Positions 1 through 14,037 of a DNA stretch of 64,000 nt are shown piece after piece. Numbering within the stretch: position 1 is the first letter of the stretch; each line of letters starts with the position of its first letter. The notes beneath the pieces are model-generated. The model saw only the letters and a list, made by a program, of their open reading frames with translations, was not told where the DNA came from and did no database searches. A program made the position numbers and the translations under genes. The stretch spans positions 54,808,001 through 54,872,000 of the forward strand of contig OX597826.1 in the NCBI GenBank assembly GCA_951406725.2, in the 5' to 3' direction. This DNA is from Octopus vulgaris (lineage: Eukaryota).

Positions 1-14
1 CAAGTTCATAGGGA

Positions 15-193
15 GGGAGCATGTTGACTACATCAACCTCAGTACTCAAATGGTGTTGTTTTTTTTTAACGATTCCGAAAGGATGAAAGGCAAAGACGAC
101 CTCAGCGGAATTTGAATTCAAAACGGAAAGACTGTTATGAAATGCTGCTAAGCATTTTTCCCGGTGCGATAACGATTCTGTCAGCTCGCCGCC
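15..193 (-). mobile_element. tRNA-derived SINE, family B (Meta/MESC-like core), diverged
   Basis: Reverse complement aligns to the family-B copies at 2641 and 60361 (GGCGGCGAGCTG head; GACTTTGCCTTTCATCCTTTCGG core). Confidence 0.75.
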
Positions 194-239
194 CTGTCAT
201 TGCTTTTAATATCAGTAATATTTAGAGTAGAGATAAATA

Positions 240-791
240 TTGGGTTGTCCAGGCAGTTCGTGCCGATTTATAGTAGCTTATCTTTAGACTTATTTTAGAA
301 CATGGTTGAGTCCATAAAATAGGATTTGACTACAGCATTTAGAGCAGTTTAAGCTATCTTTTCGTGGAAGAAGGTTTATGTTCCTATAACCTGAATTAAT
401 TCTGTAACCCTTTAAAATAGAAGATAAGAAAGTTCATTTTCGGCACTTGCAACCATACAAAAATTGCTACGGCGTGGCTGGGATATGTCACCCCACCCTC
501 CATATTCACCAGATTTTACTCCTTCGGATTTCCACTTATTTAGGTCTCTGCAGAATAGTCTTAATGGTAAAAATTTCAATCCGTTGGATGATATAAAAAG
601 ATACCTTGATGAATTCTTTGCCATGAAACCACCTCAATTCTGGGAAGAGTGTTTTTTCAAGTTAAAGGAAAGATGGAGACGCATTGTGCAACAAAATGCT
701 TCATATTTGGTTGATTAAAAATGTAATGGCAAGTATTTATTGACATTTTTCTTTCCTTTAAAAATCAGCACGAACTTTCCGGACAACCCTA
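240..791 (+). mobile_element. Internally deleted mariner (Tc1/mariner) DNA transposon
   Basis: 30-bp TIRs 240-269 (TTGGGTTGTCCAGGCAGTTCGTGCCGATTT) and 762-791, 25/30 complementary; TA at 238-239 and 792-793; encloses a transposase C-terminus. Confidence 0.92.
464..718 (+). pseudogene. Mariner transposase C-terminal fragment
   Basis: HPPYSPDFTPSDFHLFRSLQNSL matches the mariner YSPDLAPxD motif; ends in the typical LKERW..IV C-terminus; N-terminal DNA-binding part absent. Confidence 0.9.
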
Positions 792-849
792 TATATACGT
801 TAAGGTGAAACTATTAGTGATCAGCTGACATTGAGATGAGAGTGTTATT

Positions 850-1048
850 AGAGGGTCCGAAAAATAGTTTATAGTACTTGCTTCAGCTTTTTATGTGCAG
901 AGTTCAAATTCAACCAAGGTCACTTTTGTCTTACATATTTTCGAGGTTCGTAAAATGAAGTACTAATCAAGTACTGCGTTAATAGTATCAACTAACTCCC
1001 TTATCCTGAAAAATTGCTGACTTTGATCCTAATTTAGAAGCGATTATT
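850..1048 (+). mobile_element. Old family-B SINE remnant
   Basis: GAGTTCAAATTC B-box followed by a degenerate core (GGTCACTTTTGTCTTACATATTTTCGAGG..AAATGAAGTAC) and a tail ending GATTATT. Confidence 0.55.
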
Positions 1049-1261
1049 GCCTGGCCTAACAATCAAATCACACAACTGTGAACGTAGCTGCCTCCAGCTT
1101 CATCAGCGTTCGTTATAGCTTTCGCCATTTCATAATGGCGATATGGCAGCTTATAACAGTAATGAAAATTATATAACGAGGGATAATTTAGCATGTAAAA
1201 CAAACACCACAATATAATTTCAGTGAGTCTTGAACAATATTTATTTCAAATTATGACACAA

Positions 1262-1670
1262 TTATTCTTTAGTATGATCGGATTCCAACCGGGCCGCAAC
1301 AACAAAGTCTACCCGCCACACTGCTCGGTCTGTCATCACTGCCTGGTGGTTTTGGATACATTCCAGGTCAGTGTCGATGTAAATGTGACGACATATTCTT
1401 CTTCTTACATCATCATGAAGTGGGTTCCACAATACTAATTTGGGTGATACTCCTTCAAGGTGGTGCACGCAGTGACCAGAAGCTCTCAGCTGTGTTTGCT
1501 TGAACTTGTCATTAACTTTCGGCAGGTCTCCATAAAGGCATTCATTTATCCTATGTTGCTGCTATTTCGAATTTAGGGCCATTCGTAGCATCCTTGTGTA
1601 GCATCCATTTAACCCGTTTGATAATTTCTATGTTAGTGTCCATGTTTCATTGACACAATGACAGCAATTT
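1262..1670 (-). mobile_element. RTE/RTE-X LINE 3' remnant (RT C-terminus, frameshifted)
   Basis: Minus-strand translation LYGDLPKV..QLRASGHCVHH..PKLVLWNPLH..IYID..AVMTDRAVWR resembles the RTE-X C-terminal motifs LxxAGHC, LVLWxP and MxDRxxWR. Confidence 0.75.
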
Positions 1671-1803
1671 TAGTGGTGGTGGTGGAGTTAGACTATTATA
1701 TCGAACACAGTGTTCAATTGATACTTTCTTATCGACCTTGGTTGGAGGAAATGTAGACGCTAAGGATTCAAATTTTGTCCCAATGTCTGCAATTTTTATG
1801 GTA

Positions 1804-2020
1804 TACTCTTACTCTCTTTACTGGTTTCAGTCGTTTGACTGCGGTCATGCTGGAACATCACCCTTAGTCGAATAAAATCGACACCAGGAATTTGTAAGCC
1901 TAGTACTTATTCTATCGGCCTCTTTTTGCCGAACTGCTAGGTGATGGGGACGTAGACACACCAGCACTGGTTGTCAAGCGATGTTGGGGGGATAAACACA
2001 GACACACAAACATAAACACA

Positions 2021-2066
<46 letters not shown>

Positions 2067-2215
2067 CATATATACGAAGGGGTTCTTTCAATCTCCGTCT
2101 ACCAAATCCACTAACAAGGTTTTGGTTGGCCCGAGGCTTTAGTAGAAGACACTTGCTCAAGGTGCCACACAGTGAGACTGAACCCGGAACCATGTTGTTG
2201 GTAAGAAAGCTACTT
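1804..2215 (-). mobile_element. tRNA-derived SINE, family A (octopus-type, internal TA/TG microsatellite)
   Basis: Aligns with the full-length copies at 8181 and 26431; tail CCAGCATGACCGCAGTCAAACGACTGAAAC. Confidence 0.9.
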
Positions 2216-2299
2216 TATTCATTAAGATTTGCCATAAAGGTATTACAAAGTGCAGCTTGCGGGCTGGACACATATATTGATAAGATGAATGAAAGCCTA

Positions 2300-2643
2300 T
2301 TAGTTATTCTATCGGTCTCTTTTACCAAAACGCTAAGTTACGGGGATGTAAACACACTAGCATTGGTTGTCAAACGATGATGGGGGAAAAACACACAAAT
2401 AAACATATGCACACACATACATACATACATACATACATACATACATACATAATACATACATACATTCATACATATATGTATACGACGGGCTTCTTTCAGT
2501 TTCCGTCTACCAAATCCACTCACAAGGCTTTGATCGGCCCGAGGCTAAAGTAGAAGACACCTGCCCAAGGTGCCTCGCAGTGAGACTGAACCCAAAACCA
2601 TATGGTTGGTAAGAAAGCCACTTACCACACAGCCACTCCTGCG
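2300..2643 (-). mobile_element. Family-A SINE lacking its 3' tail
   Basis: Head CGCAGGAGTGGCTGTGTGGTAAG, B-box GGTTCAGTCTC, core GGCACCTTGGGCAGG, internal (TATG)n. Confidence 0.9.
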
Positions 2644-2868
2644 AGCTGGCAGAAACGTTAGCACGCCGGGCGAAATGCTTAGCAGTATTTCGTCTGCCGT
2701 TACGTTGTGAGTTCAAATTCCGCCGAGGTCGACTTTGCCTTTCATCCTTTCGGGGTCGATAAATTAAGTACCAGTTACGCACTGGGGTCGATGTAATCGA
2801 CTTAATACCTATGTCTGTCCTTGTTTGTCCTCTCTGTGTTTAGCCCCTTGTGGGTAATTAAGAAATAG
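2641..2868 (+). mobile_element. Family-B SINE, young-looking
   Basis: Close match to the copy at 60361-60593; GAGTTCAAATTCC B-box; core GACTTTGCCTTTCATCCTTTCGGGGTCGATAAATTAAGTACCAG; tail ends AAGAAATA. Confidence 0.9.
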
Positions 2869-3167
2869 ATATTAACATAACCCCATTTTGACTCACTCTC
2901 TCAGCATTCTCTTTTAGACAAGGCATGAAGTCCCTATATGCCATTTCATTTTTAAATAATAATTTAGAGAATTTACAATTAGTCGAGAAAAAATGTAATA
3001 AAATAAAACAGAATATGCAAATAAAGACCCCATTTTTAATACGTAAAGTTAAGTAACAATTATGAGTTATAACAATTAACATAATAATTATCCGTTGCTA
3101 CAGGTAAGAACAGTACAATAAAACATCTTATTAGCTTAAAGCCCGAAACTTTTAACAGTGTAATCTT

Positions 3168-3169
<2 letters not shown>

Positions 3170-3257
<88 letters not shown>

Positions 3258-3305
3258 GTAATAATGATAATAACAATGATCATGATCATATTGATAGCAA
3301 TGATG

Positions 3306-3367
<62 letters not shown>
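3170..3367. repeat. (AAT)n microsatellite
   Basis: Direct reading. Confidence 0.95.
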
Positions 3368-3784
3368 TCCATCACGTCAGCCTGTAAATATATTTCGAAT
3401 ATATTGCGGAAAAATAATCACAAATATTGCAATCCATTAAAACTGAAACCATTTTAGAGAGATAAGAGGTAGGTGTGGCGGGCGGGCGGGCGGGTGGTTG
3501 AAATTTAATGGTAATTCACGTTGCTCTTGTTGTAGATGTGTGATTGTTCTGGCAGTTGATTATTTTGTAGCGGCGGCCATTATTATTGTTAGTATTTGTT
3601 GTTTTTGTTGGCTTTGTTGTTGTATTTTTGTTGTTGTGATTAGCTTTGCTTCTCTGAGGCTTTTGAATTCGTTCATTTATTATTTATTTATATTTCGATT
3701 TCCAATTAATGCATTTATATGTCACTTTGTAAGATTATATGTAGATCTAGGCGTGTATGTAAGGATCTATGCATGTATGTGCGT

Positions 3785-4440
3785 GTACATACATACATAC
3801 ATACATACATTCACACACACATAAACACATAAATACATACATAAATATATACAGAGATTCGCGCATAGATATATTCAACCATACATATATACATACATAG
3901 ATGCATGCATACATACATACATACATACATGCATGCATGCATACATACATGCATACATACATACATACATACATGCATACATAAATACATTCGTACATAC
4001 ATGCATGCATGCATACATACATACATACATAAATATATACAGACATTCGCGCATAGATATATTCAATCATGCATATATACATACATACATGCATACATAC
4101 ATACATGCATACATACATACATACATACATACACACATACATACATAAATACATACATAAATATATACAGACATTCGTACATAGATACATTCGACCATGC
4201 ATACATACATACATGCATACATACATAAATATATACATACATAAATACATTCGTACATACATACGTACATGCATACGTACATTCATACATACATACATGC
4301 ATACGTACATTCATACATACATACATGCATACGTGCATACATACTAACATGCATACGTGCATTCATACATAAATATGTACATAAATACATACATAAACAA
4401 TAAATACATACACAAATACACATACACACAGACACATATA
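3785..4440. repeat. Compound (TACA)n array with higher-order units
   Basis: Marker TAAATATATACAGA(G/C)ATTCG(C/T) recurs at about 3842, 4030 and 4157. Confidence 0.9.
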
Positions 4441-5081
4441 TGTTTATGCAAGGAAGTGTGTGATATTAATGCGTGTTTTTATGCATTCAGGCATACATAT
4501 ATGTATATACATTTTCATGGTTAATATCTAAATACCTAGTTATACACATACATAAGTCCACATGCGTATGCATATGAGCATACATCTAAGTATACATACA
4601 GGTACACACACAAATACACTTATTCGTGTATGTCCCTCTTACTTGATATCTCTGTGTATCCCTCATCACGGATGTATGTATGTGTATATGTATGACACAT
4701 TACATATGAATCTGTGTGTGCAATGTGTTTGAATCAGTATGCAAATCACATATAGGCTCAAACACATATAAGCTTATATAACTCATATATGCATACACAC
4801 ATACGTACACGTGTACATACACCTATATGTATACACACACCCACATATCCAATATTATGTATGCGTTTGATCATTACAGGTGTATTTCCCCGAAACATCA
4901 ATATTAATAATAACATCAACAACAATAATAATAATGATAATATTATTATTATTAATAATAATAATGATACTAATAATAATAATAATAAAGATGATAATAA
5001 TGATAATAATGATAATAATAATAATTCCATTTTATATTCCTATCTAACTTCCATCTATCGAGTAGCCATCTTTATATAGTA

Positions 5082-5128
<47 letters not shown>

Positions 5129-5468
5129 GTTTTTTTTCGCTTTACGTTTCGCGTTTTACGTTTGTCTGTTATTCCTTTGAACATTTTACTGCAAGCACGA
5201 TCAGACTTTTTGAATGACGATAGAAATGTTGTTATTAAGTGAATTAAAGCTAACTAATTATGTTTCTTTTCACACTAGCACTAATAGTTCACTAATTAGA
5301 TTTTCATTTTTATTCAATAAAACCCATTTTTACATTTACATTTGACGATAAAGAACACAGACATTCACGCTAGGAAGGTTTCAATGGTTGTAGGTCGTCG
5401 TCGCATTTGGGTGATAGAATGAAATTTGTTGACTGAATAACATAACGAAAAATCACTCACTCATATAC

Positions 5469-5521
<53 letters not shown>

Positions 5522-6722
5522 TATATACATACATATATATATATGCATAAGTATATACATACATATAGATGTATGTATATGTACATCTATATATTTACCG
5601 ATATAGATGTACATATATACGTTTTCATATATATATGTAGTATAGTATAATATATATAACATAATATAACATATTATATTCATACATATGTATACATATA
5701 AGCATATATACATGTATATATAAATATATATATATATTTATCTATATGTATACAAATATATGTATATAAATATATATATGTATGTATGCATATATGTGTG
5801 TGGAAATATATGTATGTATATATATATATATGTTACTGTGTATTTTTGTGTTTATTTTTACATAAGTATATATATGCATATATAGAATTACAAATACATA
5901 CATATATATAGATAGATAAAATAGATACATACATACATACGAATATAGATATTTATACATACATATATACACATATACATACATACATACACACATATAC
6001 ATATATACACATATACATGCATACATACATACATACATACATACATACATACTACTACTACTACTGCTACTGCTACTGTTACAAGCCACCGTAGATTCGG
6101 AAGGACACATTTTTAAAGGTTTTTCCTGCTTTTTGCTCTTTAGTTATGCCGTTGCTTCTGCTCTGTTCTTTTCTGCTTTTGTTAAATATTTTGGTGAGAA
6201 TATAATGTTTGACTCAATAACAAAACTCACTCACCCATTCGCTCACATTTCTAACGATACGACTGAAATAACGGGTAGATTTGCGAACGTCACAGAAGCA
6301 AAGCATTGCTTTGCTCTTTTCTCTACCCCACTGTCTTCACACACTCTCTCTCTCTCTCTCTCTTTCTCTCTTACTCACCCTTGTTTAGTCTCTCTTTGTC
6401 TCTGTCATTTTTTTCCTCTTGTTGTAATGCGCTTTTGTCAAGCTTTTGTTATGAAATTCTTTTATCTTCCATCTATATTTGTTTTTTTTTTGTTTTGCTT
6501 TCATTTTATTTATATTTTCTTTCGTTTTAAATTTTGATTCTATCCAATAAAACTGAAGGGATTTTTTTTTCTACATCACGGTAACGTAAAAATTTGGTTT
6601 GTTGTTTCGAAAAATCTTTGACCTCACGTGGTACTTTTCCTTTCCTTTATTCTTTCCTCCCGTTTCTTTTACCTTATTTTGCTTGCTTTTTCCTTTTTTC
6701 AATTCTTATCATCAGATTTTGA

Positions 6723-6817
<95 letters not shown>

Positions 6818-6859
6818 CATTATTTCTTCCTTTCTCTGCTTCTCTCTGATCGAGAATGT

Positions 6860-7147
6860 CTGGAGTAGTGTCAGCCTACATGGCACAGTCACTTTCTTTT
6901 TGGATATATATACTCCCAGTAGCAGTTGGTCTTATAGTTGGAATGTAAATTAAGCAATCAGTTACTAATGCTACATCGTTGCCGTTTCTTACATTGCCGA
7001 GTTGTTCTTAGTTTAGCAAGGTGGACTTAGCCGTTTGTGATTTAGGTGACTTTATTACAAATACAGTTGCTGCGCCGATGAATGGGGGCGAACTACTGAT
7101 CTCACGTCATTGTATCTGGTACGCTATCCACTTAGCGACCAGTCCCT
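6860..7147 (-). mobile_element. Ancient tRNA-derived SINE remnant
   Basis: Minus strand begins GGGACTGGTCGCTAAGTGGATAGCG (A-box-like), then GTTCGCCCCC (B-box-like), then a CORE-like segment; highly diverged. Confidence 0.4.
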
Positions 7148-8180
7148 TCATAGAGTCAATGTAAGTTCTTGTTAAAGGAAAAACAACGAAAAATACAATA
7201 ATATTAGTAAGATGTTGAAGTTAGTTCTCTTGACTGTTCGTGATTCTGTTGGAAAAATTTAACAAAACCAAAAAAAAAAAAAAAAAAAGGCAATTTCGGG
7301 ACAATAGGAGAAATCTAGTAGAAACAGGATTGACCTATCAGATTTTAGTTCCTGGGTGTCTCGATTCAAGTTTAATTGGTTAAGTAAATCCCAGATATAT
7401 GCTCTAGTGATATAAGTAGCGATTTAGAAGTGTCGTCAGAAGTATCGGATAGATTTGCTTGCAGCTTACGTTGCTGAGCTCTGGTTCAAATAACATCGGC
7501 ATTTACATTAACTTTTCGCTTTCCAGGGTCGATAAATAAAATACTAGAGTCAATTTTTCTCTGTTGCTTTTTTTATAAGACAAATCTTCTGTGACAAAAT
7601 TTGGAAAGTGATACATTGCGCCAGTTTAAAAACACACAAGACACGTCGTATGTCACGATGGCTTCTCTGTTATCCTATCAGATGTTGGAGTATCGGAACA
7701 AAAAAATCTGTTGTCGAACTCCAGTAAAGAGTTTCAAGGGCGATAATTAGTTTCAATTTCAACTCACTTTACCTTAAATTGCTTCATCTGCTTCACTACT
7801 AGTTCTGAAAGAAATAAGGCATGAAAATCACAGTCACCACTTGACGTTTATTTTTGTAAATCACAAAGCCGTCGTGTCTAATCTAGAAAATACTGCTACT
7901 GTTTTAAGTAATAGCGATGGCAAGCATCATAGCTGAATGTTATAATCTTTTGATCAATGAAGTTTATACAAGCTTGCTGACCCCGATAAAGTTAGCAACA
8001 AACTCCCCTTTAATAACACTATCATCTTATTTTAGAAGAGACACATCGGACGATGTATCCAAAGATTTACAAAAAGACGGGATGTTTTGAATGGAACGTT
8101 TTTGTTTCTAAGTCAGGTAGGAGTATTTAAAAAAAAATTTGCCATTCGACTTTAACGGTTTCACTTCTTGAGGTTCAGTA

Positions 8181-8406
8181 TTATTCTTTTAATTGTTTCA
8201 GGCATTTATTTGACTGTGGCCATGCTGGAGCACCGCATTTAGCCGAGCAAATCGACCCCAGGACTTATCTTTGTAAGCCTAGTACTTATTCTATTTTTCA
8301 ATTGTCCGAACCGCTAAGTTATGGGGACGTAAACACACCACCATCGATTGTCAAGCAATGTTGGGGGGACAAGCACAGACACACAAACATATACACACAC
8401 GTACAC

Positions 8407-8496
<90 letters not shown>

Positions 8497-8659
8497 GACG
8501 GGATTCTTTCACTTTCCGCCTACCAAATCCATTCACATGGTTTTGGTCGGCTCGAGGCTATAGTAGAAGACACTTGCCCAAGGTGCCACGCAGTGGGACT
8601 GAACCCGTAAACATGTGGTTGGTAAGTAAGCTACTTACCACACAGCCACTCCTGCGCCT
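8181..8659 (-). mobile_element. Family-A SINE, full length
   Basis: Head AGGCGCAGGAGTGGCTGTGTGG through tail CCAGCATGGCCACAGTC..TGAAACAA; internal (TA)n(TG)n. Confidence 0.93.
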
Positions 8660-9340
8660 GCATATTAAAATTTTTTTAATCCGACGGCTAAAGTCCGGGA
8701 TCAGACAAAAGTGGTTTATTGTCTTTATCAGTGATGAGTTGTTCATATCAAGTGTAATAATTTCACTTGACATGAAGGGCTGAGAATATAACATTTTAGG
8801 CCGTTGCCCTTTGTTTTCGGTGAGACCTTAGATTGATCAATTAGTCAGTTCTCAATGCGATGGAACTTACCAAACTTCTCTAGACCTTTGTATTTTAATG
8901 TTGTTAATTCGTTGCACACTGATACTTTACCACTGGCTAATCTGAGCGGGATTTGAACAAACAAATCTCAAGTGACGTAACGCAAAATATCCGCAATACA
9001 CCCAACCATCTCCATTATTCTGAGAATCTTTCTTCCTCAGTATTTATGTCTGAATAAAAAAAAAAAAGTTACCTTAATTTCAGACAGTGAAGATTCCAAA
9101 TAAAACAACAACAATAAGATGAAAAACAGCAGTTTTTCAAAATCATTTTATGTTGTCCTTTGCAAGAATCTACTAAAATCTAGAATCTTCTACATATTTA
9201 TCCCATATTCTGATATACTTAGATAATACATACGTATATATATATATATATGAGTATAAATACACATTCACATATATGTATGTCTCTATATTTACATATA
9301 CTACACACATACACACACACAAACACACACACATGTATAT

Positions 9341-9375
<35 letters not shown>

Positions 9376-9443
9376 GGGTGTACGTATGTATACATTTACT
9401 GAAATACACACACATGCATATAATCATACACATACATATGTAT

Positions 9444-9516
<73 letters not shown>

Positions 9517-10310
9517 TGTATGTATGTATGTATGTATGTATGTATGTATGTATGTATGTATGTATGTATGTATGTATGTATGTATACCCACGCTCACACA
9601 CACACAATCTCCCCACACACATTTATCTACTTCTGAAGCTCCAATCTTTTATAGCCTGCGATAAAATATCTACAACGATAATGATTAGTTTCTAAATAAA
9701 ATCCTCAAGAATTATTGAAACCACTTCATGTAATAAAGAAAACAAATTCTAAAACAAGCACAAAAACAAATACAAAAACAAATACAAAAACAAATACTGC
9801 AAAAAAAAAAACACAGCGAAAATCGAAAAACTACAAATCAAAACTACCAAAACGAAGCATATATAAAAACGAAAACAGAGAAAGAAAACGAAACGAAATT
9901 ACCACCAGAATTGAGAACGGGGATAAAATTTATCTATAATATCCTTACTGCGCTAAAACCAGCGAAAGTAAATGGTTTTGCCTTCGTACGACCTTAGATT
10001 CTTTCCGTACAAATAAACGATATAATTCACGCCGTCCGTCGTCATAGAAGTTGTAATGTTAGTGTGTAATTTTCTCTTATTACATATTACACCATATCTT
10101 ATCTTGGTGATGGTGACGGTGGTGGTGGTGGTTGTGGTGGTGGTGAGATATTATAGTTTATCATATGGTTTGATATGATTTTTTTTTCCTGCTTTGTTTT
10201 GTTTTTCTGTGTGGCGGTTTGGAGGTGTGGGGGAGTAAGGGGTTTCGTTTATTTTACTCTACTCCTGTTATTATGTTATTACCAACATCATATTTTCTAC
10301 ATGGCATTTA

Positions 10311-10311
10311 T

Positions 10312-10385
<74 letters not shown>

Positions 10386-10410
10386 ACTACTACTACTACT
10401 ACTACTACTC

Positions 10411-10486
<76 letters not shown>

Positions 10487-11147
10487 AACAGCCGCTACAA
10501 CAATAACAACAACAACAAGAACTACTACTACTACTACTACTACTACTACCACTACTTCTACCACTACTACAACTACAATAACCACAACTACTACTTCTAA
10601 CACTACTGCTACTACCACTACAACAATAACAAAAACAACTACTACTACTAGTAGCACTACTAGTACTACAATAACAACAACTACTACTAAAAATGCTACA
10701 ACTACAACACCAACAACAACTACTACTACTACAACTACTACCACTTCAATTCATTTGCTATTGTTTTTGTTGTAGGTTTTCTCTGTAGGAGCCATCTTTA
10801 GTTATTTTCCCATTCATAAACGCGCATTGTTTTACTTATTTATTTATTTATTTATTTTTTTTTTTCCTACTTCATTTTATGTCGGAAACAGCGTAATCAA
10901 TGAATGGGTGACGCGTGCTATTTTCTCTATGTTGGGTTTATTTCGTAACCCCTGCTGTTTTGATTATCTATTTACCTGTAAATATATTTAATCTTTCAAA
11001 AACGACACCCGTTTTTAACATTTCTGTTGTTGTTGTAGCTGCTTCTGCATCATCGTCATCATCGTCGTCGTCGTCCTCCTCCTCCTCCTCCTCCTCCTCC
11101 TCCTCCTCCTCCTCCTCCTCCTCATCATCATCATCATCATCATCATT

Positions 11148-11188
<41 letters not shown>

Positions 11189-11189
11189 T

Positions 11190-11220
<31 letters not shown>

Positions 11221-11227
11221 CCACCAC

Positions 11228-11277
<50 letters not shown>

Positions 11278-11284
11278 CCACCAC

Positions 11285-11327
<43 letters not shown>

Positions 11328-11582
11328 GTCGTCGTCATCATCATCATCATTATTATCGTCGTCGTCGTCATCATCATGATCATGATCATCATTATCATTA
11401 TCATCATTATCATCATCATCATCATCGCTATCATCATCACCACTACCATCATCATCATCATCATCATCATCGTCGTCGTCATTATCATCATCATCATCAA
11501 CGTCGTCGTCGTCGTCGTCGTCGTCATCATCATCATCATCATCATCGTCTTCCTCATCGTCGTCATCATCGTCATCGTCATC
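10311..11582. repeat. Compound triplet arrays: (CTA/CCA/CAA)n 10311-10745 and (TCC/TCA/TCG)n 11048-11582
   Basis: Direct reading. Confidence 0.95.
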
Positions 11583-11584
11583 TG

Positions 11585-12040
11585 TGTTGTAGATTTCTTT
11601 TCTGTTTCCAAAACCACCAGATTCTGGTTATCTCTATTTCCAGATTTTATTTTTGGATAAATTTCTCAACTTTCTTTTTTCTTTTTCATTTAGCGAGATT
11701 TATCGTCAACTTTTACAATTGATACATCTATATTGGGAAAGTTTCTCCCTCCTTCGTTGTTTTTTTGTTTTAACAATAATATCTAGTCGATTTTCCTTAA
11801 TCTCCCTGTTGCAGTAAACTGGCATGTCCTTGACTACGGTCAATTTGTCATTCTTCCTGAACATTTGTGGAATGCGTTTGTATACCATCTGATTTTTTTT
11901 TCCTTCTTTTTCTAGATGTTTTATAACTTGCAATGTAAGCATGATCCAGCTCTATCAGATTTGTGAGCACATACTCTTTTTTGTGCAGCAAAACAAAAGA
12001 ATGTGATATATTATTTCTTCACATCTTCCACATATTCAGC
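11585..12040 (-). mobile_element. R4/Dong-clade non-LTR retrotransposon 3' remnant (zinc knuckle plus restriction-like endonuclease)
   Basis: Minus-strand ICGRCEE..H..C; NREIKENRLDIIVK; IDVSI; LEIEITRIW. Confidence 0.7.
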
Positions 12041-12088
12041 AGTTACTTTTGTGGTCTACGTTATTAATGCGCATGTGTGTATGTGTGT

Positions 12089-12119
<31 letters not shown>

Positions 12120-12339
12120 GTAGGAGATGGGTGTTGTGTAGTTTCTTGTGAGAAGGATTTTGATCTGTACTACAACCAAAAATCTTCTGCTCTCATCTCT
12201 GATTTCCGGTCGTTCTCAAAGGTCTTGGATTTCACGCACCCCTGCTCTTTCTCTTTTGAGGACTGTTACCTCTCGCTTGCTACGAAGGAGTCAGATGTCT
12301 TTATTCATTCCTGCCTTATTTGGTTTTGTCATTTATCGA

Positions 12340-13060
12340 CTGTGTAATGTGGTCTCTCTGAACGGTGCCATTAGTGTAGAATAAATAAGTCAGAGCAAAG
12401 ATGATTGCAAAAGAAAGTAATAAATTAAAAAGGGAGCTAGTCCCTAAATTAGGAAATGACGATTAAAAAAGGCAAAACAACGGTCATACTAGGAGCGAAA
12501 ATGGCTCTCCATTATTTACTCATCGCAAAAATTTGAAGATTGCATTGTACTAGTTAGACACAACGCGATGCGAATGTCGTTACACTGGTCCCTGTGGTAC
12601 ATATGTGATATACGAAAATTGATGCAATTACATCATTCACTGGGTGCAACGGGAACTTGCATTTCGATTTGATTCACATCTGTGTTGTTCTTCTGCAGTA
12701 CTTTTCGGAACAGTCTAAAGATATTTGTTGACTGGCGACAGTAGAATTAAGTCCATACTTTGACTCCTTACTCTGGCTTTACGTCGCTAAAAGTTGAGTG
12801 GTTGTGAAAGATCGATTGCAGTAGCCGAGATGTCAGCACTAAGAGGCCATGCTAGGGACAAATTGCCTGGTTTGGATGGTCCACCCTAAAAATTTTATAG
12901 ATAAATGACTTATTCGCTGGCTGGTTTCGTAGCAAGCCTCTATCAAAACTGGAAACATAACGGCAGCAATGTTAGCGGAGGAGTGTACTGTTGCTGATGA
13001 AGGATGGAAACAAGGACGATAATTTCATGGATGTGTAAGAGAGAGGAATTACTCTTCATC
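12340..13060 (+). mobile_element. Tx1/L1-clade LINE remnant (pre-RT region and RT domain 0/1)
   Basis: From 12851: ARDKLPGLDGPP*KFYR (KSPGxDGxxxEFY motif), then YQNWKHNG and GV..LLMKDGNKD. Confidence 0.7.
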
Positions 13061-13729
13061 GCTGAGTTAATGCTACCTGCTGATGAGTTTCAACAAAAAG
13101 AGGAAAAGAGAAATATAGATATTCTTCGTGGAAGTCTTGTCGAGGAATAGTAAAGAAGCCCAGGATTTGGTTACACGTAAAAGCCTGACTAAATATACTT
13201 TGTTGAATATCAAGGCACAAAGGTATAATTGTTGAATCACGTAGGGACATGTTCCTCATAAGTAATAACATCAACGACTCAAATTTCTTTAACGCACAGG
13301 AGAAGGAAAATTTGCAGAAAACGGCCCTTTTACCAACCTCAGTTTTAATAGCAGTCTCGGCAGGAGCTTCAGTAGGTCAATGGGGTTTCTAACTTCCACA
13401 GCTATAAAACCAAGAGGGATTATCACCCCTACTAACAAAAGAAGCCTTAAAGGGAACACTTCTTTTCTAACAACAGTTGTTCAATGTGTTGTGAGGGGAT
13501 CGGGACGATGAAGAGTAGAGTCCCTTCCTCACCGTGTTGTATAAAAACCACTAAAAGTGGTTGATGTAAGATTTACACTCTGACTTCGTAAAACCCTCCT
13601 CGGCAACCACTACCCAAACAGACATACAAGGTCGGAGGGTTATCGCCTGAGCGGTACAAGGGCGTCATCCACAAGGAATATAGGGAATCATCAACAAATG
13701 GTGGATGCAGCAACGCGCTGTTACAGTGA

Positions 13730-14037
13730 GTGGAGAACGTGGCCTAGTGGTTAGAGCAGAGGACTCGCGGTCGAGGGATCACGGGTTCGAATCTCAGACC
13801 GGCGATGTGTGTGTCTATGAGCGAAACACCTAAGCTCCACGCGGCTCCGGCAGAAGGTAATGGCGAACTTCTGCTGACTCCATCGCCACAACTTTCTCTC
13901 ACTCTTTCCTCCTGCATCTTGCAGCTCACCTGCGACGGACCGGTGTCGCGTCCAGGTGGGGATCCTATACGCCAAGGAAACCGGGAAACCAGCCCTTATG
14001 AGCCAGGCATGTCTCTAGAAGGAACAAACAACAACAA
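13730..14037 (+). mobile_element. tRNA-derived SINE, family C, complete with TSD
   Basis: A-box TGGCCTAGTGG, B-box GGTTCGAATC, (AAC)n tail; 12-bp TSD CTGTTACAGTGA at 13718-13729 and 14038-14049. Confidence 0.93.

Noticed and set aside
1080-1115. Minus-strand CTGATGA followed by an AGCTG/CAGCT hairpin
   Set aside because: No GAAA or NUH after the stem, so not a hammerhead
6938-7000. TGGAATGTAAA (miR-1 5' end) in a weak hairpin
   Set aside because: Only 11 nt match, it is on the wrong arm, and it lies within a probable old SINE
12990-13020. CTGATGAAGGATGGAAAC
   Set aside because: No stem II or stem I; it is Tx1 coding sequence (LLMKDGNK)
13380-13680. Possible LINE ORF1 zinc-knuckle remnant on the minus strand
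   Set aside because: Motif too degenerate to call by eye
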